In this document: positions 42,610-53,252 of the stretch, piece after piece
How the letters are laid out: every line of letters starts with the position of its first letter
Position numbering within the stretch: the first letter of the stretch is position 1
NCBI GenBank assembly: GCA_963667175.2
Contig: CAXXXF010000002.1
Coordinates: forward strand, 302,195 to 366,194
Origin: Candidatus Latescibacterota bacterium
GTDB taxonomy: Bacteria > Latescibacterota > UBA2968 > GCA-2709665
Reading direction: 5' to 3'
DNA: 64,000 bases
Notes under the pieces: model-generated
Told to the model about the DNA's origin: nothing
What the model saw: only the letters and a program-made list of their open reading frames with translations
Database searches by the model: none
Position numbers and translations under genes: made by a program

Positions 42610-45054
42610 ATGACCCGAATTCTCGAATCGAATCCTGCCGTCCGCCTGACCGTGCCCGTCAGCGGCATGAGTTGCGCCGCCTGCGCCGCCCGGGTTCAGA
42701 AAGAGCTGCAGGAAATCAGCGGCGTAAACGAGGCGGTCGTTAATTTCGCGACGGCCGAGGCGACGTTGCTGCTCAGTCCCGATCAGGCCGACGAAGCGCA
42801 GCTTGTCCGGAGAATCGAGCGTCTCGGCTACGGTCTGCGCGCCGCCGAATCGACGCTCGTCATTCGCGACATGAACTGCGCCGCCTGCGTTTCCCGCGTC
42901 GAGAGTGCATTAAACGGGATTCCCGGCGTCATTGACGCCACGGTCAACCTTGCAACCGGTCACGCAACCGTCCGCCATCTCCACGTCGATGCGTCCTTAC
43001 TCACCGGGGCGGCGGTCGATGCCGGATACGGCGCGACGGCCCTGGAGGAGAGTGCAACCGTAGAAGACGGAGACCGGGCGACGGAACTCGAGGATCGCCG
43101 TGCGGCGCGTGTGCGTTTCATCGTTGCGGCTGTGCTGTCAACCCTCATCATGGGTGTGGGGATGACGCACAAGATCCATGGTACGCCGTTCTCCTCGCGA
43201 GAGGTGCATCTGCTGCTGTTCGTCCTGGCAACCCCCGTGCAATTCTGGTGCGGCTGGCGGTTTCTCAAAGGGTTCTGGAGCGCCCTGCGCCACGGGACTG
43301 CAGACATGAACAGCCTCATTGCCGTCGGAACGCTTGCGGCGTACGGATACAGCGTCGCCGGCGTGCTGGCGCCCACGTCCGTCGCCGGAGAAGGCCAGCC
43401 CGTCAACGTCTACTTCGACACCTCAGCGATGATCGTTACGCTCATCCTTCTGGGACGGGTCCTGGAAATCCGTTCCCGCGAGCGCGCCACCGAAGCGATC
43501 CGCGGATTGATGGACCTCCGCCCGCAGACCGCCTGCGTGATTCGCGATGGCGAAGAGTCGCTCGTTCCCGTGGACGACGTCGCCGCCGGAGACCTGATTC
43601 GCATCAGGCCGGGCGACAGAATCCCGGTGGACGGGGTTGTTCGGGACGGCTCATCCAGCATCGACGAATCCGTGATTTCAGGGGAAAGCTTGCCCGTTGA
43701 GAAAGGCGCCGGCAGCCGTGTTCTGGGGGCAACCCTCAACGGGACGGGAAGCTTTACTTTCGAGGCGTCTCAGGTCGGCGCCGAGACGGTGCACGCGCGA
43801 ATCGTCCGGATGGTGCGCCAGGCTCAGGGCTCGCGCGCGCCCGTTCAGCGCGTCGCAGACCGCGTCGCCGGCGTTTTTGTGCCTGTGGTTTTCGGGATTG
43901 CGGTGATGACGTTCGCCCTGTGGTGGATCGCGGGTTCAGGATCCGGCGACCCCGTCGCGCTGCTCAACGCCGTTGCGGTTCTCATCATCGCCTGTCCTTG
44001 CGCGCTCGGCCTGGCCACACCCACCGCCATTCTGGTGGGCACCGGCCGTGCCGCGGAACTCGGTGTTCTCATCAAGGGCGGCGACGTCCTCGAATCCGCG
44101 CACCGGCTCGACACGATTGTCCTGGACAAGACAGGTACTCTGACGACCGGCCGGCCCGCCGTGACCGATCTCGTCACCGCTGGATCCTGCACGGAAACGG
44201 AACTCCTTCAGTTGGCCTCTGCAGCCGAGCGGGGTTCCGAACACCCCCTCGGTGTGGCGATCCGAAACGCGGCGCGGGAACGGGGACTGTCAGCGGAAGA
44301 TGCCCTGGAATTCGAAGCCCTGCCAGGGCTGGGCGTCCGCGCAAAAAAAGCCGGTCGCGCCATTCTTCTGGGCAACCGGCGGTTGATGCAGCGTCATGCT
44401 TCAGTGCCTGACGACCTGGACGCACGGGCCGCGCGTCTCGAAGCCGGCGGCAAGACGGTCCTGTTTGTTGTCGTCGACAATCAGGTGGAAGGGCTTATTG
44501 GTGTCGCGGACGTCCTGAAGCCCGACGCGGTCGGCGTCGTCTCCGATCTGAAGTCACGGGAACTGGACGTCATCCTCCTGTCGGGAGATCATCCCGGAAC
44601 CGCCCGCGCCATTGCGGCGCAGGCAGGTATCGCACAGGTCATCGCCGGGGTGATGCCCGACGAGAAAGCCGCCCATATCGCAACCCTGCAAGCCGGGCGC
44701 CAACGAGTGGCCATGGTCGGGGATGGCGTCAACGACGCGCCCGCCCTCGCGACCGCGGACGTCGGCATCGCCGTGGGCACCGGCACGGGCGTCGCCATGG
44801 AAACCGCGGACGTCACCCTGATGTCCGGCAGCCTGTCAGGAATAGAAACCGCCATCCGCCTGTCGGGCCGGACCATGCGCACGATCCGCCAGAACCTGTT
44901 CTGGGCGTTCGTCTACAACGTTCTGCTGATTCCGGTCGCCGCGCTCGGCCTGCTCAATCCGCTCGGGGGTCCCATGGTCGCGGCCGGCGCCATGGCCCTG
45001 AGTTCGGTCTCGGTCATCTCGAATTCACTCCGGATCAGGAGATTCATGCGATAG
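42610..45054 (+). CDS. copA: Cu(I)-type P1B ATPase
   Basis: Two MxCxxC HMA domains, [24 protein letters not shown] and MALSS motifs. Confidence 0.93.
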   Translation: MTRILESNPAVRLTVPVSGMSCAACAARVQKELQEISGVNEAVVNFATAEATLLLSPDQADEAQLVRRIERLGYGLRAAESTLVIRDMNCAACVSRVESALNGIPGVIDATVNLATGHATVRHLHVDASLLTGAAVDAGYGATALEESATVEDGDRATELEDRRAARVRFIVAAVLSTLIMGVGMTHKIHGTPFSSREVHLLLFVLATPVQFWCGWRFLKGFWSALRHGTADMNSLIAVGTLAAYGYSVAGVLAPTSVAGEGQPVNVYFDTSAMIVTLILLGRVLEIRSRERATEAIRGLMDLRPQTACVIRDGEESLVPVDDVAAGDLIRIRPGDRIPVDGVVRDGSSSIDESVISGESLPVEKGAGSRVLGATLNGTGSFTFEASQVGAETVHARIVRMVRQAQGSRAPVQRVADRVAGVFVPVVFGIAVMTFALWWIAGSGSGDPVALLNAVAVLIIACPCALGLATPTAILVGTGRAAELGVLIKGGDVLESAHRLDTIVLDKTGTLTTGRPAVTDLVTAGSCTETELLQLASAAERGSEHPLGVAIRNAARERGLSAEDALEFEALPGLGVRAKKAGRAILLGNRRLMQRHASVPDDLDARAARLEAGGKTVLFVVVDNQVEGLIGVADVLKPDAVGVVSDLKSRELDVILLSGDHPGTARAIAAQAGIAQVIAGVMPDEKAAHIATLQAGRQRVAMVGDGVNDAPALATADVGIAVGTGTGVAMETADVTLMSGSLSGIETAIRLSGRTMRTIRQNLFWAFVYNVLLIPVAALGLLNPLGGPMVAAGAMALSSVSVISNSLRIRRFMR

Positions 45055-45149
45055 TTCGGAGGCTGCCGTTCTTCAGCCTCGGCAGTCGTCGTACAGGCAC
45101 GTACGCCAATAGCCAGCCACTGCGACGCGCATGCGCGACGTCCGGGGAA

Positions 45150-46274
45150 TCATCGACGTTTCCTGGCATACGCCAGGATGCCGTTTACCAACCGATCCGC
45201 GTCACGCTCCCGATGCTTATGGTACCGGATCTGATAAGCGTCGCTCTTATAGTGGACGTTGTAGACCTCGACCAGAATCTCCGCGTGGGCCAGATTGTTC
45301 CGCAACACCGCAAGGTTCCGCCCCTGAATCCGCGCCGGAAGGTCCCGCCGGTGCAGGGCCGAACGCATGACGCGGGCGAATGACCTGGACCGGCTGTCAA
45401 CCCTGCCACGCCGTTTATGATAGATCGCCAGGGGGCCCCTGGATCGTCCGGGAGTGTTGTCCGCGTGCACCGAGACAAACAGGCTCCTGCCCCCGCGCGC
45501 CCGCCTGACGAAGCGGTTCGCCACCCGGACGCGCTGTGAGATATTGGCGCTCCTGGGGCGTACCTTCTCCGAATTCCTCCGGTTGTACCGTTCATTGTTA
45601 TAGACTTCGTTCCTTTCGTGGACAAATGTAATTTTGGCTTCCTGGTTTTCCCGAATCAGATGATTGGGGCTGATCACCGTGAGTGTCACCTCCGCGCCCA
45701 GGAGCCGGAGTTTCTTGTACATCCGCAGCGCAATGTCGTACACGTATTCGTCTTCGACCACGTAAACCCGTCGTTCCTTGCCCGTCAAATTGGAAACGAT
45801 CGCGCCCGGATCGATGCCGCCGTGCCCCGGGTCGAGCACGATCCACCAGCCCTTCAGCGGTTTCTTCCTTCGCTTGGGCGCCTTGGCGAGAATCTCGTTG
45901 TCGAAGGCGCGCAGAAGGGTCTGGGCCCGGCGAAAATCGACACTGGGTGCGGAGCGCGCTCTCTCGTAGTAGCTGCGATGCCTTTGCCTCGATGCCCTTG
46001 GCTTTCGCCAGTAGTACGGGCCGTTCGGCGCGTCGTATTTGACGATCCGCGCGCCCAGGCGCAGCACCTGGCCCGGATAGACATTATTGGTGCGCAGCTT
46101 GTTGATTCTCTTGATCTCCCCGATGCTTGTCCCGTTCTTCTTTGCAATGGACCAGAGAGAGTCCCCTTTCCGGACCATGTAGACCAGCGATAGCCCGGCA
46201 AGTGGGCTTGCGAACAAGAAGACAACACAGAGTGCGGCACTGAGCAGGCGCAAATGGCGACAGTTTTTCATCAT
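45150..46274 (-). CDS. LysM-domain N-acetylmuramoyl-L-alanine amidase (Amidase_3)
   Basis: Signal peptide, LysM (YMVRKGDSLWSIAKK), LDPGHGGIDPGA, SVHAD and ILVE motifs; highly basic. Confidence 0.85.
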   Translation of the reverse strand: MMKNCRHLRLLSAALCVVFLFASPLAGLSLVYMVRKGDSLWSIAKKNGTSIGEIKRINKLRTNNVYPGQVLRLGARIVKYDAPNGPYYWRKPRASRQRHRSYYERARSAPSVDFRRAQTLLRAFDNEILAKAPKRRKKPLKGWWIVLDPGHGGIDPGAIVSNLTGKERRVYVVEDEYVYDIALRMYKKLRLLGAEVTLTVISPNHLIRENQEAKITFVHERNEVYNNERYNRRNSEKVRPRSANISQRVRVANRFVRRARGGRSLFVSVHADNTPGRSRGPLAIYHKRRGRVDSRSRSFARVMRSALHRRDLPARIQGRNLAVLRNNLAHAEILVEVYNVHYKSDAYQIRYHKHRERDADRLVNGILAYARKRR

Positions 46275-46417
46275 TATGGTCTAACTCGGAAACTCGAATG
46301 AAACGGCGACCGCACCGGTCGGTTTCTGCCGGCAGAATACCTCAGATATTACGCCATTTGTCCCCAAAAGACAAGTCGGCTCCGTTCATGATCAGGCATT
46401 TAACGGCCGTTCGATCC

Positions 46418-46554
46418 GGTCGTTTTCGCCTTGCGTACGGCGATTTTCACCAACATCTATAGGTGACGTGATTTTGAGGATTTGTCTAAATCCTGTAAAT
46501 ACCGATATTTAACAGCGGCGTCATCTTCTCCGTCAAACGGGTACGATACTTGCA
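46418..46554 (+). promoter_or_regulatory. Sigma54 promoter of pspA with tandem PspF-type upstream activating sites
   Basis: GGTACGATACTTGC (GG 46540-41, N10, GC 46552-53); GGTCGTTTTCGCC (46418) and GGCGATTTTCACCAA (46439) start 21 bp apart. Confidence 0.7.
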
Positions 46555-46646
46555 AGGAATGTCGGCAGGACCCTGAATAATTACAGGAAATCGGATTTTT
46601 CCACCCTTGTGGGGTCAAGAAGCCCACAATAGAAAGGAGAAAGACA

Positions 46647-47324
46647 GTGGCCAAAGGAATCTTCTCCCGCATGGCGGACATCGTCAAGGCCAACATCAAC
46701 GATCTTCTGAATCGCGCCGAAGATCCGGAAAAGATGATTCGGCAGATGATCCTCGAAATGGAAGAGGCCGTCAACAAGGCGACCGCGTCCGTCGGCACGG
46801 CCGTTGCCAACGAAAAACGCCTCGAGCGTCAATTGCTGGAGAAGACGGACCAGATCGAGTCCTGGCAGAAAAAGGCCGAATTGGCCGTCGAATCCGGCGA
46901 AGACGACCTGGCCCGGCGCGCCCTGGAACGAAAGGCGGCCTTTGAAAAAGCCGCCCGGGATCTGGAAGCCGCTTTCGACGAGAGCCACAAGACCTCCGAT
47001 CAGCTCAAGAAGCAATTGACGCAGCTCAAGTCCAAACTGGATGAGGCGCGCGCCCGCCAGGGCGCGCTCATCGCCCGGCGCCGCGCAGCCCAGGCGAGAA
47101 AGCAGATCGCCCAGGGTCTCTCCGGCATCGGCGATGACGCGTTTTCGAGCTTCGAGCGCTTCCGGAATCGGGTCGAGACCGAAGAAGCAGAGGCCCATGC
47201 GCACGCCGAAATCGCGGAGGGCGATCCTTCGCTCGAAGACTCGCTGGAAAAGCTGGAACGAAGGAACACCGTGGAAGAGGAACTCGAGGCCCTGAAAAAC
47301 AAGCTGCGGAAAACCGATGCGTGA
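46647..47324 (+). CDS. pspA: Phage shock protein A (PspA/IM30 family)
   Basis: GIFSRMADIVKANINDLLNRAEDPEKMIRQMILEME, WQKKAELAV...DDLARRAL, FERF and EEELEALK motifs; strong RBS. Confidence 0.95.
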   Translation: MAKGIFSRMADIVKANINDLLNRAEDPEKMIRQMILEMEEAVNKATASVGTAVANEKRLERQLLEKTDQIESWQKKAELAVESGEDDLARRALERKAAFEKAARDLEAAFDESHKTSDQLKKQLTQLKSKLDEARARQGALIARRRAAQARKQIAQGLSGIGDDAFSSFERFRNRVETEEAEAHAHAEIAEGDPSLEDSLEKLERRNTVEEELEALKNKLRKTDA

Positions 47325-47946
47325 ATGGCGAAGAATCCTGGACGAAATCGCTTATGAAATTGAAAAGGCGATTCGCGACGTCACAGCGGCCTGGCGCAAT
47401 ATGGGGGAAGACCGACCGATGCGGCAGAACGCACGGACGGATCGTCACCCGAGGTCGCGTCGGCCGGCTTTCCGATTCTCCGACCTGGCCACTGACGGGA
47501 GCTGCGCCATGCGAAATGCCCTCGGACACTTCCTGAATGCCGCCGCGGTGTTTTTTGTCTTCACCGCGATTTTTCCCTTCGTCATGGGCATTGTCGAACG
47601 GTCATACCACCCGGAGGCGCTGCTGTTTATCGTGTGTCTGGCCGGCGCTGTCGTCTTCAGGCTTGCCGGGCGAAAGGCGCACGAATCGGCCGACATGAAG
47701 CGATATGCGCAATACCAGCATCGCCTGCTCAGGCTCGCACGCGAAAAGAGGGGTAGCCTTACCGTTCTGGAAGCCGCGACCGATGGGAGAATGACCGTGG
47801 AGAAGGCTGGCGAGATCCTGCGCGCGTTGAACGAAAAGGGCAGCGCCGAAGTGCGCGTATCCGAATCCGGCCTCGTCGTGTACCACTTTCCTGAAATCGA
47901 ACGCGGTGCGGAGAAGCACGGGGCAAAACCGGTGGATGAACTTTGA
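47317..47946 (+). CDS. Hypothetical membrane protein (2 TM plus C-terminal winged-helix-like region)
   Basis: Overlaps the pspA stop; two hydrophobic segments; LLRLAREKRGSLTVLEAA...VSESGLVVYHFPE. Confidence 0.7.
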   Translation: MREWRRILDEIAYEIEKAIRDVTAAWRNMGEDRPMRQNARTDRHPRSRRPAFRFSDLATDGSCAMRNALGHFLNAAAVFFVFTAIFPFVMGIVERSYHPEALLFIVCLAGAVVFRLAGRKAHESADMKRYAQYQHRLLRLAREKRGSLTVLEAATDGRMTVEKAGEILRALNEKGSAEVRVSESGLVVYHFPEIERGAEKHGAKPVDEL

Positions 47947-47973
47947 TAGCTTTAATTTACACGGAGGGACGTC

Positions 47974-48189
47974 ATGTTTGAAGTCGGTATCGGCATTGCG
48001 CTGATCGTCCTCGCCACGGCGGTCCACAAATACGTGGAACGGCAAACGAAGGGTTCCGTCCCCGGAAAAGTCGAGGAGCGGCTGAACGCCCGGCTGGACG
48101 ATCTGGACCGGCGACTTACCGATATCCAGGAAATCATGATCGCGATCGACGAAAAGCTGGATCGAGGGAACACGAAGGAAACGTCGTAA
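47974..48189 (+). CDS. PspB-like small membrane protein
   Basis: GGAGG RBS; N-terminal TM followed by a coiled coil (RLDDLDRRLTDIQEIM), the PspB architecture; position downstream of pspA. Confidence 0.6.
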   Translation: MFEVGIGIALIVLATAVHKYVERQTKGSVPGKVEERLNARLDDLDRRLTDIQEIMIAIDEKLDRGNTKETS

Positions 48190-48306
48190 GGGACGGTGGA
48201 AGGCCGCTGGATACGTTAAATTAACTGCCACGTTGTCGCGACGCTGTGTTTACGTTTACGTCCGGTGGACTGAAGCATTTAACCAGGAACCATGAAAGGA
48301 TAACCC

Positions 48307-48483
48307 ATGTTCGCGAAGATTCTCGGCATCGTTCTCATCGCCATCGGCGCATATCTTGGAATTCCCGAAGTGATCGGGCTGTTCGGCGCGTCTCTGGAAA
48401 TCCTGTTCCTGCTCCTGAAATTGTCAGTCTCGGTCGTGTTGATTTACGTGGGTTACCGGCTGTTTGCAAGTGACGCCGTATAA
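48307..48483 (+). CDS. 58-aa two-TM membrane protein (below the ORF-track cutoff)
   Basis: GAAAGGA RBS; MFAKILGIVLIAIGAYLGIPEVIGLFGASLEILFLLLKLSVSVVLIYVGYRLFASDAV*. Confidence 0.7.
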   Translation: MFAKILGIVLIAIGAYLGIPEVIGLFGASLEILFLLLKLSVSVVLIYVGYRLFASDAV

Positions 48484-48514
48484 TTGACCAGCATTTCGAA
48501 AGGGAATCCCATCA

Positions 48515-49090
48515 ATGGAAAACGAACGGTATCTCGTCCGGAAGGCAGTCGCGGGAGACGCGGCTGCCTTCGGAGACCTTTACAAAGCCTGCCACGAACA
48601 GATCTACGCCACGATGGTTCGAAGAACGAGCGATCCCGATACCGCGGAGGATCTGATGCAGACCGCCTTTCTGCGGGCATTTATGGCCCTGGGATCGTAC
48701 CGCGGGGAGGCAGCCTTTGCCAAGTGGCTCACACGGATCGCACTCAACGTACACAAGTCCCATTTTCGCAAACAGCAGGTGCGGCGAAAGTGGATTCAAA
48801 CCACGGAGGATCCGGCTGCTCTTGTCGACGCCACGCGCCGGCCGGAACCGGGCGAGAATCCTGAACTCTCAGTCCAGCGAAACGAGCACCGCGACCTGGT
48901 CAGGAAGAGCATTCGGTCATTGCCGGCCAGATATCGCGAGGTACTCTGGATGCGTTACGTGGGAGACCGGTCCTACGAGGAGATTACCAGGGAGTTGCAG
49001 CTTCCGATGGGCACGGTCAAGACCTGGCTCAACCGTGGAAGATTTCAATTGAAGGGTGAATTCAGGAAGCGGGGGCTGGTTCCCTCCTGA
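48515..49090 (+). CDS. ECF RNA polymerase sigma factor (SigW/RpoE-like)
   Basis: GDAAAFGDLY, AEDLMQTAFLRA, FAKWLTRIALN, LPARYRE, SYEEI and PMGTVKTWLNRGR motifs. Confidence 0.92.
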   Translation: MENERYLVRKAVAGDAAAFGDLYKACHEQIYATMVRRTSDPDTAEDLMQTAFLRAFMALGSYRGEAAFAKWLTRIALNVHKSHFRKQQVRRKWIQTTEDPAALVDATRRPEPGENPELSVQRNEHRDLVRKSIRSLPARYREVLWMRYVGDRSYEEITRELQLPMGTVKTWLNRGRFQLKGEFRKRGLVPS

Positions 49091-49329
49091 GCAAGCGGAT
49101 TCCCAGTCCCCAAAGCGCAAGTTCGAGGACAGGATTCGCCGCGATCGGATTCCGCTCGGAGTCGCCCCGGGATTCGACCGCAATGACCGCCGGCATAGAA
49201 CGCCGGAGAAAACCGTCTCGAATATGGTTTGACGCGAAATACATCCTATGTCACGTTTCGCAGCACGGCGGCGTCTCGTGCAATCAAGCGGCGTGCAACA
49301 CGACGACGATCCCGGGAAAGGAGCCGGAC

Positions 49330-49935
49330 ATGGACGGATGGTGGACGGATTTGAGCGTCCTCAACCAGGTGTTCTACCTGTTGGCGGTTTTCTTCAGCGC
49401 GTTTTTCGTCTGGCAACTCCTGGCGGCCCTGTTTGGCATGGGCGGGTCCGACGTCGGCATTGGCGGCGACGCGGACCTTGGCGACGCGGGTCCCGAATTG
49501 AACGACGGACCCGGCGATGGCACGGTGGCTGCATTCAAACTGTTGTCTATCAGGTCTCTGATCGCCTTTGGCATGCTGTTCGGATGGGCGGGCGCCCTGT
49601 ATCTGCATAGAGGTCTGGACGTTCGGACCGCGATGTTTTACGCGTTTATCTGGGGTAGTGCAGGCATGGGGGTCGTGGCCTATTTCTTCCACGGTATCCG
49701 AAAGCTCACCGAGACTGGAAACGCCAGCCTGGATACGTGCGTGGGAACCTCGGGCGAGGTATATCTGAACATCCCCGAGGGCGGGACCGGTCAGGTTCGG
49801 GTGATAGAGAGCGGCGCGGTTGCCTACGTATCGGCTCGCGGCACGAACGGCATGTCCATCTCCGCGAAGACGCCGGTTCGGATTCTTCGCGTGGTGGATG
49901 CGACAACGCTCGAGGTCGAGCCGGAGTCGTGCTGA
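49330..49935 (+). CDS. NfeD-like membrane protein (flotillin partner)
   Basis: TM segments with a D/G-rich loop and C-terminal OB-fold (GEVYLNIP...GQVRV); directly upstream of a flotillin. Confidence 0.75.
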   Translation: MDGWWTDLSVLNQVFYLLAVFFSAFFVWQLLAALFGMGGSDVGIGGDADLGDAGPELNDGPGDGTVAAFKLLSIRSLIAFGMLFGWAGALYLHRGLDVRTAMFYAFIWGSAGMGVVAYFFHGIRKLTETGNASLDTCVGTSGEVYLNIPEGGTGQVRVIESGAVAYVSARGTNGMSISAKTPVRILRVVDATTLEVEPESC

Positions 49936-50092
49936 TTGCAATACGTTCGACTGGCCGGCGCCTGCGGTAGGTTTTTCATGCTGTCTCCTCCTGTCGATGG
50001 ATGAGACAGAAAGGGGGTTGCAGCCCGCACGGCGCCCCTTCAGGGACAGAACCGCAACAGAGGTGATCAATTCCATTCGAGGAGGGATCGTC

Positions 50093-51598
50093 ATGTCAAC
50101 CGAGACGATACTGACAATTATATCGCTGCTGGTGGTGTTTCTGCTCTTCGTGACGTTTATTTCCAGGTACAAGCGGTGCCCGTCCAACAAGATTCTGGTC
50201 GTCTACGGAAAAACCGGAAAAGGAGCTGCAAAGTGCGTTCATGGGGGCGCGGCCTTCGTGCTCCCGCTCCTGCAGGATTATGAGTATCTGGATCTCGAGC
50301 CGTTCGTTGTGCCCATCGATCTGGATAACGCCCTGTCGCAGGAGAACATCCGGGTGTCGGTACCTACAACCGTCACGGCGGCGGTGTCAAATCAGATGGG
50401 CGTGATGCAGAATGCGTCGATTCGCCTCCTGGGGCTCTCTCGAGACCAGATCGAGAGTCAGGCGCAGGACATCATCCTCGGCCAGATGCGGGCGGTGATC
50501 GCCACGATGGAAATCGAGGAAATCAACCAGGACCGGCAGGCGTTTATGTCCAAAGTCAATGAGGCGGTCTCAACCGAAATGGAGAAGATCGGCCTGGCAG
50601 TGATTAACGTGAACATCAAGGACATAGAAGACGAAAGCGGTTATATCAAGGCTCTCGGGCAAAAGGCCGCAGCGGAAGCCATCAACCAGGCGGCAATCGA
50701 CGTGGCCGAGCAGGAGAAGATGGGCAAGGTGGGCGTAGCCGAACGGGAGCGGGACCAGCGCACCGACGTGGCCGCCGCGAACGCGGCCGCCGAAATTGGC
50801 GAGGCCGAAGCTGCCAGGGATCGCCGCCAGAGGGTTGCCGCCCTGGAATCCGAAGCCCAGATCGGCGAGGCCGAAGCCACCAGAAACAAACGCCGGATGG
50901 TCTCTTCTCTGGATGCGGAGGCGGTCCAGGCGGAGGCCGACGCCGAATCGAAAAAGGCCGGCTATATGGCACAACAGACCGTGGCCGAGGAGGTCGCGCG
51001 GCAGAAGGGTCAGGAGGCCGCGAAGGCGGCGGACGGCGCGATCCGGGTCGCTCAGGAAAAAGCCGAAAAGGAGGCCGAGGAGGCCCGGGCGTTGCGGGAA
51101 GAGGCGCGATTGAGAGCCGAAATTGTCGTACAGGCCGACGCGGAAAAGCAGAAGCTGGTCGTACAGGCGGAGGCCGAGAAAGAGCAGAGGACGCTCGTAG
51201 CACAGGGGGAGGCCGCCGCCATCCTCGCCCAGAGGCGAGCCGAAGCAGAGGGTACCCAGGCCATACTGGACGCCAAGGCCGAGGGTTACAGGGAGTTGGT
51301 CGCCGCGTGCGGAGGTAAAGACCAGGCTGCGGCAGCCTTCCTCATCGTCGAGCGGCTGACCGAGGTCGCAGGCATTCAGGCAGAAGCCATTCAGAATCTC
51401 CCCCTGGAGAAGATCATGGTCTGGGACGGCGGCGGCGGACAGGGGGGCATGTCCAATCTCGGCCAGCGCCTGATGGGCGCCATCCCGCCAATGCACGAGC
51501 TGGCCAAACTGGCGGGCCTGGAACTGCCCGAGTTTCTGGGCAAAGCCACAGGCGACGCAAATACAGACGTCGACGACGCGGGCGCATCGGAATCTTAG
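50093..51598 (+). CDS. Flotillin family SPFH protein
   Basis: RYKRCPSNKILVVYG, GGAAFVLP, ALSQENIRV, IEEINQDR and an AE-rich coiled coil; GGAGG RBS. Confidence 0.9.
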   Translation: MSTETILTIISLLVVFLLFVTFISRYKRCPSNKILVVYGKTGKGAAKCVHGGAAFVLPLLQDYEYLDLEPFVVPIDLDNALSQENIRVSVPTTVTAAVSNQMGVMQNASIRLLGLSRDQIESQAQDIILGQMRAVIATMEIEEINQDRQAFMSKVNEAVSTEMEKIGLAVINVNIKDIEDESGYIKALGQKAAAEAINQAAIDVAEQEKMGKVGVAERERDQRTDVAAANAAAEIGEAEAARDRRQRVAALESEAQIGEAEATRNKRRMVSSLDAEAVQAEADAESKKAGYMAQQTVAEEVARQKGQEAAKAADGAIRVAQEKAEKEAEEARALREEARLRAEIVVQADAEKQKLVVQAEAEKEQRTLVAQGEAAAILAQRRAEAEGTQAILDAKAEGYRELVAACGGKDQAAAAFLIVERLTEVAGIQAEAIQNLPLEKIMVWDGGGGQGGMSNLGQRLMGAIPPMHELAKLAGLELPEFLGKATGDANTDVDDAGASES

Positions 51599-51620
51599 CG
51601 CTTCATTCGGGAGCCGTGGC

Positions 51621-53249
51621 TTGAACAGACCCGAAAAATCGGAGAGCCGCCCCGCGGCCGCCAACCGTATCGGCATCGCACAAACCCTGCCGGAATCGGC
51701 GAACGAAGAAGCCAGGCGACGCGGTCGTGACGGCGATAGCGCGATGGAGGCGGGAGACCTGTCGAAAGCCGAGGCCGCCTACATGGCGGCCCTGGCGGCC
51801 GATGACGGGAATGTGCGGGCGCGCCACAACCTGGGCGTTGTCTACTTCAGGCAGGACAACTGGCAGGACGCAATGGACTGCTTCACGCGTTGCCAGGAAC
51901 TTGCGCCCGAGAACGGTGCGGACCTGCACTACAAGATCGGTCTCTGCCGTTTGAAGGCAGGCGTCGACGGAGCGTCGCAGGCCTTCGAAACTGCAATCGC
52001 AACGAATCCGGACCATCTGGAGGCGCAGTTGCAGTTGGCGCTTCTGCGGGCCGAAGGCGCGGGCTCGGGATCGAATGGCAGGCAGCGGGCGGTTGAAGCG
52101 CTTCGGTCTATACTTGAGGCCGTGGACCGTGACGTGCCCTTCGACAACGTGGACCGCGCCTGTTTCCTGTTGGCCAGCTTTCTCGACGACCTTCCGGAAA
52201 ACGTCGACGAAGCGATCACGGTATACCGTCGCGGGCTCGAAGCGAATCCGCTGTTCGCCCCGGGTCATAACAACCTCGGCGTTTTGCTCATGCAGACGGG
52301 TCAGACCCTCCAGGCCCTGGGCGCGTTCAAGATCGCCATTCAGCTCGAGCCGGACTATGCGCTGCCCTACAGGAATCTGGCGCATCTTCTCTTCGATCAC
52401 ATGAGCTCGGCCCAGATGGAACGGGAGTACACGTCCATCATCGAAGAATTCGGCACGCAGGCAGCCGCGGTGCTGGCGCGCCTGTCCCTTGAACTCATCG
52501 ACATGGGACGCGGACAGGTGGGAGAGAGCCTGTACACCCGGGGTCACCAGATCAAGAACCTGATGGGTCTGGTGGGGAGCCGAACCAGGCGGCTAATTCG
52601 AAGGATCCCGCAGGAGGACGCCCTTCTCGACGACCTGCGAGACATCGCCCGCGATCAGGAGCACATCTTCGACCAGTGGGTGGCCTATCTGCGCAGCATG
52701 AAGCAGGATCCGTTGAATCCCTCGCTGGTGGATATTCCGCAGTTCGTGAGCAAAATCAAAGAGGCCGTTGCCACCCGCACCGGAGGCGCGGCGCTCCGTT
52801 TCGCGTCCGAACCGCAGGTCCCGCAGGTCAAGGTCGATCCCGGCATGCTGCGGGAAGCCGTCACGAACCTGATTCTCAACGCGCTGGAAGCCGTTGAGGA
52901 AAACGGAGCGATCACCGTACAGGCCGGCCACGACAATAGACGAGGGTCGGTATTCATCGAGGTGGAAGACGACGGACCGGGCATTTCCGAAGAGATCAAG
53001 GCCAGGATCTTCGATCCCGGGTTTTCCACCAAGGAAAAAGGCAATGGCTTCGGGCTGAGCATCTGTTCGCGCATCGTCTCCGCTCACAGGGGAACCCTGC
53101 GGATGATCAGCCGTCCGGGCGCCGGCGCCGTGTTCCGCATCGATCTTCCGGTGGACTTCGAGCTCGTTTCCGAAACCGAAAGCATCGGTTGGAGCGGCGA
53201 TCCACTGTCCGCCTCGAAGCTGTCCCTGGCCGAGGAATTCATCGAGTAG
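51621..53249 (+). CDS. Soluble TPR-repeat sensor histidine kinase
   Basis: TPRs (ARHNLGVVY, HNNLGVLL, YRNLAHL); H-box HQIKN, NLILNALEA, DDGPGI, IFDPGFSTK and GNGFGL; no TM segment seen. Confidence 0.88.
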   Translation: MNRPEKSESRPAAANRIGIAQTLPESANEEARRRGRDGDSAMEAGDLSKAEAAYMAALAADDGNVRARHNLGVVYFRQDNWQDAMDCFTRCQELAPENGADLHYKIGLCRLKAGVDGASQAFETAIATNPDHLEAQLQLALLRAEGAGSGSNGRQRAVEALRSILEAVDRDVPFDNVDRACFLLASFLDDLPENVDEAITVYRRGLEANPLFAPGHNNLGVLLMQTGQTLQALGAFKIAIQLEPDYALPYRNLAHLLFDHMSSAQMEREYTSIIEEFGTQAAAVLARLSLELIDMGRGQVGESLYTRGHQIKNLMGLVGSRTRRLIRRIPQEDALLDDLRDIARDQEHIFDQWVAYLRSMKQDPLNPSLVDIPQFVSKIKEAVATRTGGAALRFASEPQVPQVKVDPGMLREAVTNLILNALEAVEENGAITVQAGHDNRRGSVFIEVEDDGPGISEEIKARIFDPGFSTKEKGNGFGLSICSRIVSAHRGTLRMISRPGAGAVFRIDLPVDFELVSETESIGWSGDPLSASKLSLAEEFIE

Positions 53250-53252
53250 TCT

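Noticed and set aside
50780-50930. Internal repeat (AEIGEAEA / AQIGEAEA) in the flotillin
   Set aside because: Ordinary flotillin coiled-coil repeat.
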